IMG/VR virus record: IMGVR_UViG_3300032167_007646
Reading direction: 5' to 3' (one strand)
DNA from: a virus
Taxonomy: Duplodnaviria; Heunggongvirae; Uroviricota; Caudoviricetes
Length of the DNA stretch: 64,000 bases
This document shows positions 48,001 through 58,052 of this stretch, in pieces (position 1 is the first letter of the stretch; each line of letters begins with the position of its first letter). The notes beneath the pieces are model-generated. The model made no database searches and was not told where the DNA came from. It saw nothing but the letters and a program-made list of their open reading frames with translations. The position numbers and the translations under genes are program-made.

Positions 48001-49629
48001 AACTATTTTATCTATTAAATCTATTTCTTCAAAATAAAAATAATCTGAATCACTAAAAGTTTCATCTTCCATAATAATATCAATACTATTATTTATTTGT
48101 ACACTATCTAAATCTTCTAAATGATAATACTCAAAAAAATCAGTCTCTATACATACATTATATTTTAACTCTGCAAATACATCAACAGGAATATTAAAAG
48201 GTTCTTCAAAAATAATCTCTGTTTTTATTTTTTCTTCATCTTTTATATATTCAATAGTAATTTCATTATTTGGTATTACATATTCAGTCAAAGTACCCTG
48301 TTTATCAGTTATTTCAAGTCTTATATCCTCTATAACTAATATATCCTCTAACTCTTTATCTTTATACTCCAAATAAGTTTCAAAAACTTCATAACCATAT
48401 GCAAACTCTAAAATATCTATAATAGATTGTACTTCTATATTTGTATAATTATTTATTCTTACATTATAAGAGATAATATTTTTACCTCTTTCCCAATTTG
48501 GATGACCAAAAGAACCCAAATCTGTTCCTTCTTTTAAAATTTCACCTTTTGATTTATCTAATTTTATAGTTATAATATTACCTTTACCTAAATCAATAGT
48601 AACACTATCACCATTTGTATTATTCCATAAACCAGAAAATTCTAAATTCCATTTTATTACAGACTGTTGAACACCTTCATCATTTAAAACAACATATATT
48701 TTACCATCTGAACTAATATGATAATCACCATAAATTATTCCATCTGAACCTACTAATTGTCCATCAATAGGATTTCCTACAGTGATACCCGCAAATTCCC
48801 AAACATAAAATTTATTTAGCTCCAATAAATTTGAACTTGTAGCAAACTGTAAAGTTAAATCTACATCAAAATCCAAATATACATTCATATCAGAGGGAGC
48901 TTCACCTGCTATTAGGTCATATCTATTATCTTCTGATATAATATAAGCAGCTATCAGAAATTCATCCATACTATGAAAATCTGCAATATCATAAATATTA
49001 CCACCTATTTCTATGGTGTCTGATAAGAAAGAAACATCATTAGACATAAGTTCAACAGAAGTTAATTCATCCAACATCTCTACTGATGTATCAAAAACAA
49101 CTTCTTTTTCTTCTATCTTAATCGCTTCCTCACTTTCATTACTGCTATTTTCTTTTGAAGATACTTCTTCATCTTTCAAAACTTCCTCAGTTTCAATAAT
49201 ATTCTCATTAGAAATTTCAATTTTATCTTCTTCAAATTCTTTTTGATTCTCTATCACTTCTTCAAAAGAATTTTCTAAATTCTCAACTGAATTTTCTAAA
49301 CTTACCTCAACTTCTCCATTATCTGAGGTCAAAGGTTTACTATCTTCCTCACTCATATTCAAAATTGTTACATCTCCATTAGATTCTGAATTTTCACTAT
49401 AATTATTATTTAGTTCTTCTTCTTCATCTAAAATCATTAAAGGATTATGTAAACCCATTTTCTTAAATTCTGCTAAACTCTCCTTATTATCTATAATAGT
49501 ATTTATGACTACTATATCAGAGTCATCTAAAGTATCTAACGCAAAAATAGAAACAGTATTAAAAATATTTAAAGAAAATAATAAGAAAGCAATCAAAAAT
49601 GATATTATTCTATTTATAAATTCTTTCAT
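45016..49629 (-). CDS. Large sortase-anchored adhesin / pilus tip protein
   Basis: Signal peptide, acidic linker, Ig-like repeats, SpaA/Cna-B domains (KLQGAEFELY, YYLKEIKAPANY), IPNTGG sorting signal + TM + basic tail. Confidence 0.88.
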   Translation of the reverse strand: MKEFINRIISFLIAFLLFSLNIFNTVSIFALDTLDDSDIVVINTIIDNKESLAEFKKMGLHNPLMILDEEEELNNNYSENSESNGDVTILNMSEEDSKPLTSDNGEVEVSLENSVENLENSFEEVIENQKEFEEDKIEISNENIIETEEVLKDEEVSSKENSSNESEEAIKIEEKEVVFDTSVEMLDELTSVELMSNDVSFLSDTIEIGGNIYDIADFHSMDEFLIAAYIISEDNRYDLIAGEAPSDMNVYLDFDVDLTLQFATSSNLLELNKFYVWEFAGITVGNPIDGQLVGSDGIIYGDYHISSDGKIYVVLNDEGVQQSVIKWNLEFSGLWNNTNGDSVTIDLGKGNIITIKLDKSKGEILKEGTDLGSFGHPNWERGKNIISYNVRINNYTNIEVQSIIDILEFAYGYEVFETYLEYKDKELEDILVIEDIRLEITDKQGTLTEYVIPNNEITIEYIKDEEKIKTEIIFEEPFNIPVDVFAELKYNVCIETDFFEYYHLEDLDSVQINNSIDIIMEDETFSDSDYFYFEEIDLIDKIVYLDNYKNGRGYVDWNLSMYSDEHIDYGGYLITDTLSEEIDYVFPYQGGSIIAYSTEEGYDDVYKRIPWIECNSQEEFDSLTEDNFPITDGSAIYWYGKSFKYLLPDLECSILYVMIEYATTYSEKLEQNDGKYVVNHSKVEKNGFIDETVVIDKPSTIKKGNTGIKSDEHGNLYTTWYIDWFVPADKPLSDFFFEDYTPFKENGDITYIDKLKLDTPDLYGSYILYSQEEARNLGIDFTIKTKNGEDITDTILNRLLFFDRTNNKNYEGGPSPNIYFSLADDNNADDFSYGGLSAYPEDLYIHLEFPMTLEGAKEDFKIHKNFCDWYTNGWVGPLRGESTLIVQSRNNYKYFRKNVINEELSPDGKELILTYEIRHNVMNYSEGKGFTYIDTLEDITYAKYVEDSLEVYWVDDINKDTENLSYYLYPFEDSEYAWESNLLNINENANYFLDSTQDESDNPIYVSVPMATIKEQSDFGFELEIPYYGITPNYCWYTEEWSRRYYSPIIRYKVALDVNKLNNEGIYRYNLGNESYAYLNTGELESLSNSVYEYKHTVLEKQMVQVPDNTNKYLAKYEVIVEAINPLLEGINRIHIIDEMTKDMNLLTDSVVVEYSDDKENWYALDEDLFRLLYDPGIHTMTCIIDNDVVQNYYRVSYSVRIIGISGQTVTISNNAHISGFKNLGDDISNDITIVQPEGNVDANVTEIIIHKYDANDLELKLQGAEFELYKMRTLTVEELESLNSLSSKEEVLDYINNQMLDPWVLLSNKTTDENGQIIWLNNEDGLLLPLNTLLKVREVSVPDGYFSNGENRYFFLSVDKGDSAERLAGKFITYFECRDHVANIFIANRKGSFTIQKVDGDNNKLLYAAEFGLYSDFECTDLIENSIDYDNGLYYFPALTLGETYYLKEIKAPANYKLDETVYTVIVGLDGVITISPDLETTVDGYIVFENYYDTIESDTIPNTGGNGYKYYRLIGLMLILGSFGAYIVILKNKKE

Positions 49630-49655
49630 ATTAACACCACTTTTCTATATATTAA

Positions 49656-50351
49656 TTACTCTACAACTCTTTCACCACGAACTATTAACCTTTGTGTTCC
49701 TACTCCAGGTGGAGTACAAGTAATCAAACTTACATATTCTTTACCCTCTATTATATTTAAACACTCTAAATCCTCAGGTTCCACTATATCTACATTATCA
49801 ACTTTATATTTATACTTTTCACCTAAAACTGTTATGAAAAAAGAATCACCATTCTTCATTTGGTCTAAATCTGTTAATAATCTAGCAGTAGCTAAAGCAG
49901 TATGCCCACATATAGCCACATGAGTATTTATTTTACCTGTTGGAAAAGAAGTATATTCCATATGTCCTACACCTACTGATAATTCTGGTCCTTCTGTCCC
50001 ATGATATATCGCTAATTCTACATTTATTTTAGGTATCTCTAATACACCCATTACCCCATCATTATGTAAATTTAAGATTGAATTGTAATCATCTAATTCA
50101 CCATTTATAAATTTTGCTTTTGCTCTACGAATATCATTTATCTTAAACAATTCTTCATTGTAAGCGTTTGCTCTATTTATTTCAACATCTTTCTCTGTTA
50201 TAGGCATTTTAGAAACATACTCACCATATTCTTTTATTACAAAACTTTGGTTTCTTCTATTTACAAAATCACTTATTTCAGGATAAAAAGTTACTATTAA
50301 ACCTACTAATACAAAAAGTATACTTATTACACAAATTAGATTTTTTTTCAT
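49656..50351 (-). CDS. srtC: Class C (pilus) sortase
   Basis: MGVLEIPKINV, GHTAL, LITCTP, RLIVRG catalytic H/C/R. Confidence 0.93.
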   Translation of the reverse strand: MKKNLICVISILFVLVGLIVTFYPEISDFVNRRNQSFVIKEYGEYVSKMPITEKDVEINRANAYNEELFKINDIRRAKAKFINGELDDYNSILNLHNDGVMGVLEIPKINVELAIYHGTEGPELSVGVGHMEYTSFPTGKINTHVAICGHTALATARLLTDLDQMKNGDSFFITVLGEKYKYKVDNVDIVEPEDLECLNIIEGKEYVSLITCTPPGVGTQRLIVRGERVVE

Positions 50352-50383
50352 ACTCTTAACCCCTTAACCTAAAAATAAGAAAT

Positions 50384-50412
50384 GAACCCCTCACCCTCTG
50401 AATGAGGGGTTC
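50384..50412 (-). terminator. Hairpin between pilin and sortase genes
   Basis: gaacccctca/tgaggggttc. Confidence 0.7.
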
Positions 50413-50421
50413 TATATAAAA

Positions 50422-52032
50422 TTAGTTATTTACTTTCTTATCTTTTGAACGATAAAGGAAAAAGAGAACACCACAAGCAATTACAAGCATACTTAAGCCA
50501 TATACCTTAAATGGTAATGTACCACTACCACCTGTTTGAGGTAATGAACCACCAACACTATTATTAATAGTTACAACTACATTACCTGGCATTTCAGAAT
50601 CTTCATCTTCAACTGAGAATGATGAAGTTATTGTAGCAAGGTTCTGTCTATGAGTTGTTTCAAACTTATCATCTTTTGCATCACCATCTACTGTATATAC
50701 AGCATTAATATTTGCATTAATATTACCTAATAATGGATTATAACCTGCAGGAGCCGCTGTTTCTTTAATATAATAAGTAGCTGCGTCTAATCCTAAAATT
50801 GTCATAATACCTGTATTATCTGTTGTAATTTCAGTAACAGCATCCACAGTTCCACTTGTTACTACTTCATATACATTATTTGTAGAAGTTTCTTTTAAAT
50901 ATACAGGATTATTATTAGCTGCATCAGAGAATAACTTAAATGAAGCACCTTCCAAATAATCACTTGTATTATTAGCATCTACTTTATGAATACTCATACT
51001 ATAAGAATAAACTATTGTATTATCCCAAGCAGTAGTATTTCTTTCACTTGTATTATAAGGGTCACTGCTATATGTTAACATTGCTCTTGATAAATTACCA
51101 CCTTGACCTGTCTCACCATTTCTTAATACAAATTTTGAAGAATCTACATTAGCAGTATAAACTATATCCACACCTGTAATACCATTTGCAACAGCATTTT
51201 TCATACCACTAAATATAATTGATACAGTATTAGCCGCTGAATCTTCTTCTACAGTATATGTAATACTAGCAGGAGTAGCTACAGTAGCACTTGCTGAATT
51301 CTTAAAAACCACACTTTCTATATCATCAAATACAATACCTTTTTCTAACTCTATATCAATAGTATAATCATATTGTGTATAACCCCTCATATCAGTTATT
51401 GAACCTGTTAATTTATATTCAATAGGCTCATCAAAAGAAATATCAGTAATATCTATATAACTATCTGAATCATCATCATATACTTTCATAAGTAAAGTAG
51501 GAGCACTTGACTTTACTGCTACTGTCTCATTTTTTGTAGCTACTTCTAGAATAGCCAATGAACGAGCCTCATGAACACTTGTTTCTTCTACAATTAAATA
51601 ATAACCTTTACTTTGTACCTGAATACTTTTAGTACCTGAACCTGCAGGGTCAATAGGATTACCTATAGCATAGTTCATAATTTCTGCTGCAAAGGCATCT
51701 ATATCAGCAGCAGTTGTTAAACTTGAAACATACTCAACAGCACTATTTTTACCTTTACCTGCTAAAAACTCTGGAGTAAAATATCCAGCAAAATCAGGGT
51801 TTAATGTATAACCTATTTTTTCATTCTCACCCTCACCTGTTGATGTTGCAGAGAAAATCATATACGCATCATATGTATCTCCATCTGTTCCTGTAAGAGT
51901 AATTGTATAAACTTCAGCAGCAGATACATTTACACAAACAAGAGAAAACAACATCATAATAACTAATAATGAACTAAAAATTCTTTTCATCTTTTTGTCA
52001 GCCTTACACCACATAAGGCTTCCTCCTCTCAA
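50422..52032 (-). CDS. Major (backbone) pilin, SpaH/EbpB-like
   Basis: Signal peptide, VAVKSSAP pilin-like Lys, E-box YYIKETAAPAGYN, LPQTGG + TM + basic tail. Confidence 0.9.
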   Translation of the reverse strand: MRGGSLMWCKADKKMKRIFSSLLVIMMLFSLVCVNVSAAEVYTITLTGTDGDTYDAYMIFSATSTGEGENEKIGYTLNPDFAGYFTPEFLAGKGKNSAVEYVSSLTTAADIDAFAAEIMNYAIGNPIDPAGSGTKSIQVQSKGYYLIVEETSVHEARSLAILEVATKNETVAVKSSAPTLLMKVYDDDSDSYIDITDISFDEPIEYKLTGSITDMRGYTQYDYTIDIELEKGIVFDDIESVVFKNSASATVATPASITYTVEEDSAANTVSIIFSGMKNAVANGITGVDIVYTANVDSSKFVLRNGETGQGGNLSRAMLTYSSDPYNTSERNTTAWDNTIVYSYSMSIHKVDANNTSDYLEGASFKLFSDAANNNPVYLKETSTNNVYEVVTSGTVDAVTEITTDNTGIMTILGLDAATYYIKETAAPAGYNPLLGNINANINAVYTVDGDAKDDKFETTHRQNLATITSSFSVEDEDSEMPGNVVVTINNSVGGSLPQTGGSGTLPFKVYGLSMLVIACGVLFFLYRSKDKKVNN

Positions 52033-52065
52033 ATTTTATTTTTTTTATTTTTAAATTACAATAAA

Positions 52066-52094
52066 ATAACCTTGTAACAAAGTTACAAGGTTAT
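52066..52094. repeat. Perfect 13-bp inverted repeat upstream of pilin (operator or hairpin)
   Basis: ataaccttgtaac-aaa-gttacaaggttat. Confidence 0.7.
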
Positions 52095-52300
52095 GGTTTT
52101 TATATAAGTAAATTTAGGCATAGGACATCTACAAAAGGAATTAATTTCCTTTTATAACAATATTTAATTCACTTCTTCAAATAACCAATAAACTTATAAC
52201 AGAGTTACAAAAATTATCTACTGTTATACTAATTATTTTATCAGTTATCATTTATGTCCAAATTATAACATACTGAGCATATATTTTCTTTATTATGTTA

Positions 52301-52333
52301 AAAGAGTATTGTAATATGTTTACAATACCCTTT
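52301..52333 (-). terminator. Probable terminator
   Basis: aaagagtattgta/tacaatacccttt. Confidence 0.6.
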
Positions 52334-52349
52334 TATTTCAACAACTTAA

Positions 52350-53510
52350 TTACTTTAATACAAATATGTATTTACCCTGTAATTTATCTACAAATTTACT
52401 TGCACTCTTTTCTATTTTCTTCTTACTAATAGGTATAAAATCCAAATTACTTAAAGATTTCTTTTCTTTATAATCCATAAAATATTCTTCATGTCTTATT
52501 CCATTTATATCACAATATTTTATTAAATTATTTACCAATTCTTTTGTTATTCTTATATAATTATCAAACACACGATTATATACCATATTATAAATACTAC
52601 TATATACAAAATAATCATAATCTTTTATATGCTTTTTCATAGTATCTAAAAACATCTTTTTATATTCAGGGTCCTCTTTATCAAAAGTTGTTGCATCTAT
52701 TTCAAATTGAACAGTAAAATTCAAATCATTATCTTTTGCAAACTTCTTATACTTATCAATAGTTTTTTCACTACCATATTCACAAATCAATATAGCATAT
52801 TCAGTATCCTCTGCTTTACCATTTTTTTCAGGGTTATAATCAAATTTATCAAATGATAATACCTTTTCTTCCATCCATTTTGGAAAACTTATAGAACTAA
52901 ACCAACCATCTACATAAACACTAAAAATATCATTTTTACCATTCACTAATTCTCCTACTAAATCAAAACTACTTATACGCATATATAAAGTTAAATCTTT
53001 ATTTGTATGCTCTGGTTTTAATTGAACTACTGGTATATCCTCTCTCTTTGTATCACCTTTACCTGTAATATAAGGAACATTATCTCTAACCCTTACACTA
53101 AAATTAGTAGGATTACAATAAGAACATAAATTTTGTATATCTTCAATTCTTACCTTTTTCTTCTCATTGAATGTGGGAAAAATAATATATCCACCTACAA
53201 TGACACCATTTCTTTCTATTAAACTCTCAATTTGAATATCATTATTTATAGGATTACCATCCATATCATACATAGGTAAATCTTTTAATTGTTTTGAACC
53301 ATTAGAAATTATATTACATTTTTCATCTACACTAAAATCACAAGATTTACATTTCTTTATTAACTTCTTTGCTTCATCAATGCTAAAATGAGAAATAATC
53401 CAATCTTTAGACCCCTGCATACCTAATTCTGATGGTTTTCCTTTCAACATTAAACCAACTAATCCCCAACCTTTATCAATTATTGTACCTAATACTTTCA
53501 TATATAACAC
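52350..53510 (-). CDS. Hypothetical protein
   Basis: 386-aa ORF with RBS. Confidence 0.8.
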   Translation of the reverse strand: MLYMKVLGTIIDKGWGLVGLMLKGKPSELGMQGSKDWIISHFSIDEAKKLIKKCKSCDFSVDEKCNIISNGSKQLKDLPMYDMDGNPINNDIQIESLIERNGVIVGGYIIFPTFNEKKKVRIEDIQNLCSYCNPTNFSVRVRDNVPYITGKGDTKREDIPVVQLKPEHTNKDLTLYMRISSFDLVGELVNGKNDIFSVYVDGWFSSISFPKWMEEKVLSFDKFDYNPEKNGKAEDTEYAILICEYGSEKTIDKYKKFAKDNDLNFTVQFEIDATTFDKEDPEYKKMFLDTMKKHIKDYDYFVYSSIYNMVYNRVFDNYIRITKELVNNLIKYCDINGIRHEEYFMDYKEKKSLSNLDFIPISKKKIEKSASKFVDKLQGKYIFVLK

Positions 53511-53514
53511 TCCT

Positions 53515-54192
53515 TTATAACTTCATAAATCCCCATTCTAATAAATTTCTTAAAAAATAAACATATATAAATCTACCAAATATTGCTAATATTAACGAAT
53601 AAATTAAAATCTTAAACGATTGTTTTGGGTTATTCCATAACACTAATAAAGCCAAAACCCAATTCACTGCTTCCATACCATTATATCTAAAATTAAAATA
53701 ATCAAAACCAAATGAAAAAGCCATTACAAAAAATACTGCTAAAATTACAGAAGATAAAAAAGTTGCCATTTTACCTGTACCCCTTGCATACCAACATAGG
53801 ATTGAAGGAATAGGAGAAGCAAAAGCCAATATCAACCAATAAATAATAACTCTCTCAAACACAAAACCCTCTATAAAATATGTAGCAGTATAATAACTCA
53901 ATAACATACCTATAAAAAACACAAAAACATTTATGACTGCTCTTAAAGGAGTTTTACTGACTACACTTATTGTTAAAGCACATAATAACCATATTGACAT
54001 TCTACTAAAAAATGCACCTAAATCAAAAACCATAAATATCTCATGAATGTACTCTAACTCTATAAAATCTAAAATTCTTGAAATCAAACCCAATAGAATA
54101 CCTATTGTAAATGATATATAAGTATTAAATACTTTATTTCCAAAAGGTCTGTCTATAATTGGTTTTCTTATTTTTTCTAATAACCTTACCAT
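53515..54192 (-). CDS. Polytopic membrane protein, DUF6518-like
   Basis: About 7 TM; SKTPLRAVINVFVFFIGMLLSYY. Confidence 0.7.
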   Translation of the reverse strand: MVRLLEKIRKPIIDRPFGNKVFNTYISFTIGILLGLISRILDFIELEYIHEIFMVFDLGAFFSRMSIWLLCALTISVVSKTPLRAVINVFVFFIGMLLSYYTATYFIEGFVFERVIIYWLILAFASPIPSILCWYARGTGKMATFLSSVILAVFFVMAFSFGFDYFNFRYNGMEAVNWVLALLVLWNNPKQSFKILIYSLILAIFGRFIYVYFLRNLLEWGFMKL

Positions 54193-54217
54193 TTACACCA
54201 CCCCTCTAACTTATAAT

Positions 54218-54242
54218 AGGCGTAGAGATAAACTCTACGCCT
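54218..54242 (-). terminator. Terminator ending the PARP operon
   Basis: aggcgtagag/ctctacgcct. Confidence 0.75.
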
Positions 54243-54251
54243 ATCTAATTT

Positions 54252-57200
54252 TTAACTATTTAAACCTAATTTCTTTACTGCACTATCAAAATATTTCTTT
54301 TGTTTATCTGAACATCTACCTGTCTTTGATATTGTTGTTGAAACACCCTTTTCTATATCACTTAATGTCTTAAAATCAGAATGAGCCACTACTTTACAAG
54401 CAAGTGCCTTTATATCATCACTCTCTTGAACATCTTTCTTATCATCTGCAACCTCATCTGATTTTATAATACCTAATTTAACACAAGCCCTATTTATATA
54501 ATAAAGTTGTTTTTCAGAACAAGTTTTCTTTTGACTTACAGTTTCAGATATACCTTTTTCCAAACTATCTAATGTATTGAAATCAGGATGCTCTTTTAAT
54601 TTTTCAGCCTTTTGAACTCCTGTTAAACCTGATTTATCTCTACCACCCTCGTCCTCTACTAATACATCTTCAATATTTAATTGATTTGGTTTTGGTAAAT
54701 TATTATGTTCTGTTGCTAAATCAATAGCAGTTGCACCATATTTCATTAAGATTTTCCAAATATTTTTAACATCATGTTTTAACAAGTAGTATCTACCTAA
54801 AATATCCGATAACTCAACAATTTCTAATTTAGTTAATTGCATTTTATCCATTTCTCTTAAGTCTTTTAATACCCTATATGTTAATTCAAAATGATTATAA
54901 ATAAGATTATGATTATAACATTCAGCCCTTAAAGCATTTCTATATTTCTTTAATTTTCTACCATCTAATGAACCTACTACATTACAATCTGCCACTATTT
55001 CTTCTACACCATTATTCCAATCATTTCTATCAACACAACTCATTAAAACTTCTAAAAATCTCTCTAATTCTTTTGCTGAATCCTGATATTTTACTTCATT
55101 AAACGCTACAGCCCTTCTTATACCATTATCTGAATATCCACTATAACGACCTGTTCTTCTCTCTGCTGCAACATTCACTTCATGATATTTAATATGTTCA
55201 TCTAAATATCTCTTTACTCTTTCTAATACAGGACCTTTAATAAGTTCATCTTGCTTTCTTTCTTCCTCTTTTGCCTTATATTCCTCTATTAAAGGAATTA
55301 AAGAGGTTTCAATTACCATATAAAAAGCACTAACATTATTATACCACTTTATAGAATTAAAGAATTCACCTGCATCCATATCACTATGATGATACTTAAA
55401 ATCACCACTACCATTTTCATTATATTTTTCATTCAATGCAGTTCTATACTTTTCAACACCTATAAATGAACTGTTTTTCTTTAATTCTTTAAGAACATCT
55501 ATTCCATTCTGATACAATAACCTATAATGTTTTTCAAAAGTTATTTTATCATTCTTCAATCCAATAAATAATTCTTTTAAAGCATTATATAAGTTTTCAA
55601 AATCATCACTGTAGTCAGATATACACTTATTATAAATTTCTTCTGGTATAGCCTGTTTAAGTTCATCTATCACACTATCTGTATGTAATGGACTATCCAT
55701 ATTGCAGAAATTAACATATGCTAATGACGCTGCTGAACCCCTTTCAAATAATCTCTTTTCCTTAAAGATTATAGAAAGAACACCTAATGTAAATGTATCT
55801 AAATCTGGAGTATCTAATAATCTCTTTAAGTCATTCTTCAAGGCACCCAAATTTAAATAATCATACAATTTTTCTTCTTCTGCTTCTTGTTTAGCATTAC
55901 TATAAGTTTCCATTATATCTTTCAACATATCAGCATAAGGAGCCATTATCTTAAATGCTACTAAATCATATAAATTCTTCTGTTTCATATAAGGTTGCAT
56001 TTTCTTATTAGCACGCTTAGCAATCAATAAATCACAATAATCCTCAAAATACTCCCTATTTGTTTTCTCTTGATTTACAACTAAATCATCATAATCTACA
56101 AATAAGTCTGCACGATTATTTGCTTCTTTATAATCCTTTAAGTTAGATACTAACTCGCCAAGAATATTATATAATTCTCCACAATCTTTCTTAAATTTCT
56201 TAAAGTTACCTTTATATTTTTTCAAAATTGCCTTATAAAATTCTTCTCTTGGTGGGTATTCTTGTGTAGCTAAACGCATAACCTTATCCTTATCTAAATT
56301 CATTAAATTATAATGCTGACAAGTCATAATAGTATGTTCTATACCCTTTGAAGTTGTAATTAAAGAACATAAAAATTGTGCTATTTCTTCTTCTGTTTCT
56401 AAATAAGCAACACATTTTAATAACTTCTGAATATTAACTAAAGATTCCTTTATAATATTTCTATATCCACCTTGTATTACCCTAAAATATCTTGAAACAT
56501 TAAAAGGTATAATATCTGCATTAAATTTAGCATCTAAATTATAACGACCTTTTTCTATCTTTGAAGTACCATCTATATCTATACCTATCCTCTTATCTAC
56601 ACCATCTAACATATATTTAGAATAACCCTCATCCATATTCTCTGGTCTTTTAATAACAGGTTTGCTACTCATAAACATTGTCATACAATCATTTATATAA
56701 TTTATAACCCTATTATACCCATACGCATCTTTTGACATTATCTTATCTAATTCTTCCTCAGATATTAAACCTTTATTTACAAGTGTTTTAATATCTTTTA
56801 TAGCCATTAATTTTGTTACCATTGTTTCCCAAGTTAATACAGCCTTATAAAAAGAAACTTGACCATTTATATTCCAATATTTCAATTCAGGGTCTCTCTC
56901 ACTTACTTTCATCTTTTCAGATAAATAACTTGTTATAAATTCTGTAAATGCTGTTTTTAATAAACTACTTTTTGCAAGATTATAAGATATTAACAAATCC
57001 TGTGTATATTTCAAATAGTCAGGATGATGTTGTCTTGTAGCCTTACTTATAATTCTATTTAATCTATCACACAAAGATTTTGGAATAGGTAATCCAACTT
57101 CAACAAACTTCAAAGCATATTTTACATAACCTGCTGTATTCATTTGACTTTTATCTTCTTCTTTAACAGGTATTTTAACAACTTTTCTATCCTCTATTTT

Positions 57201-58034
57201 ATTATATAAATTAGGGTCTAAATCTCCATTTAAACAAGAAATTATATTCTCCTTTATCCACTCCAAAGGTTTTTCTGTTTTAGTTCCATCACCAAATTTT
57301 ATAGGATATAAACCTGTTTCTTTATTTTCAACAAGAGTATCACCATTCCATTTTACTAAAAATGTAGTTAAATCACGCAAACCTTCTACTCCATCTTTTA
57401 ATAAAACTTCACCTGTATGACCTGCCATATATTTATAATACTCTTTCTGCCATTTCTTTTCCATAATAATAGCAATTATCTTTATATCTCTTAATGTTTT
57501 AGACTGAATAGTTCTCATAGAAGCTAAACTTGTCTTATCTATATTGAAAAAGTCTGCTGCACAGTTACAACCAAATCTTAAAACCTCATGAGTTTTCTTA
57601 TTCGCAGCAAAATGAGCATATCTTACAGGGCGAGGACATAAATCACACTTATGTCCATTATTTTTACCCGCATCTGTCATTCCATCATATACCCAATCTT
57701 CCAAATTAAACTTCTTTATACCCATTTCCTCTGTCAATTTCTTTATTTTCTCTTTTATTTTTTGATTTCTCTGTTCTATCTGTAATTCAACAGTACCATT
57801 CAAATCCTTATATAATTCCACAGAAAAACCCCTAAAATATGAGTCTAATAATTGTCTTTGAACAGGATTAAATAAAGCATAAACTTCTTCACTCTCATCA
57901 CCCTTATAACGATTTTCAATAGCATCCATTACAACTCTATCAAATTCCTCTTTTGTTTCCTGCTCTCTCTGAATCTCTTCATCACTTTTAGTTATCTGCA
58001 TATCTTTTGCATCATCTATATACAAACGAGACAT
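54252..58034 (-). CDS. 1260-aa hypothetical protein with N-terminal Zn-binding motif and two C-terminal ~50-aa repeats
   Basis: WVYDG...CDLC...RYAH...FGCNC; repeats HPDFNTLDSLEKGI...CSEKQ..Y...KLG and HSDFKTLSDIEKGV...CSDKQ..Y...KLG. Confidence 0.85.
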   Translation of the reverse strand: MSRLYIDDAKDMQITKSDEEIQREQETKEEFDRVVMDAIENRYKGDESEEVYALFNPVQRQLLDSYFRGFSVELYKDLNGTVELQIEQRNQKIKEKIKKLTEEMGIKKFNLEDWVYDGMTDAGKNNGHKCDLCPRPVRYAHFAANKKTHEVLRFGCNCAADFFNIDKTSLASMRTIQSKTLRDIKIIAIIMEKKWQKEYYKYMAGHTGEVLLKDGVEGLRDLTTFLVKWNGDTLVENKETGLYPIKFGDGTKTEKPLEWIKENIISCLNGDLDPNLYNKIEDRKVVKIPVKEEDKSQMNTAGYVKYALKFVEVGLPIPKSLCDRLNRIISKATRQHHPDYLKYTQDLLISYNLAKSSLLKTAFTEFITSYLSEKMKVSERDPELKYWNINGQVSFYKAVLTWETMVTKLMAIKDIKTLVNKGLISEEELDKIMSKDAYGYNRVINYINDCMTMFMSSKPVIKRPENMDEGYSKYMLDGVDKRIGIDIDGTSKIEKGRYNLDAKFNADIIPFNVSRYFRVIQGGYRNIIKESLVNIQKLLKCVAYLETEEEIAQFLCSLITTSKGIEHTIMTCQHYNLMNLDKDKVMRLATQEYPPREEFYKAILKKYKGNFKKFKKDCGELYNILGELVSNLKDYKEANNRADLFVDYDDLVVNQEKTNREYFEDYCDLLIAKRANKKMQPYMKQKNLYDLVAFKIMAPYADMLKDIMETYSNAKQEAEEEKLYDYLNLGALKNDLKRLLDTPDLDTFTLGVLSIIFKEKRLFERGSAASLAYVNFCNMDSPLHTDSVIDELKQAIPEEIYNKCISDYSDDFENLYNALKELFIGLKNDKITFEKHYRLLYQNGIDVLKELKKNSSFIGVEKYRTALNEKYNENGSGDFKYHHSDMDAGEFFNSIKWYNNVSAFYMVIETSLIPLIEEYKAKEEERKQDELIKGPVLERVKRYLDEHIKYHEVNVAAERRTGRYSGYSDNGIRRAVAFNEVKYQDSAKELERFLEVLMSCVDRNDWNNGVEEIVADCNVVGSLDGRKLKKYRNALRAECYNHNLIYNHFELTYRVLKDLREMDKMQLTKLEIVELSDILGRYYLLKHDVKNIWKILMKYGATAIDLATEHNNLPKPNQLNIEDVLVEDEGGRDKSGLTGVQKAEKLKEHPDFNTLDSLEKGISETVSQKKTCSEKQLYYINRACVKLGIIKSDEVADDKKDVQESDDIKALACKVVAHSDFKTLSDIEKGVSTTISKTGRCSDKQKKYFDSAVKKLGLNS

Positions 58035-58052
58035 TCAAACCACTCCTTTCAA

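Noticed and set aside
49013-49440. Glu-rich low-complexity stretch in the adhesin as a repeat element
   Set aside because: An ordinary acidic linker with no exact DNA tandem repeats
57649-57658. TTATGTCCAT inside the 1260-aa gene
   Set aside because: A coding-region partial match, probably background; noted as a counter-example to the intergenic-only pattern
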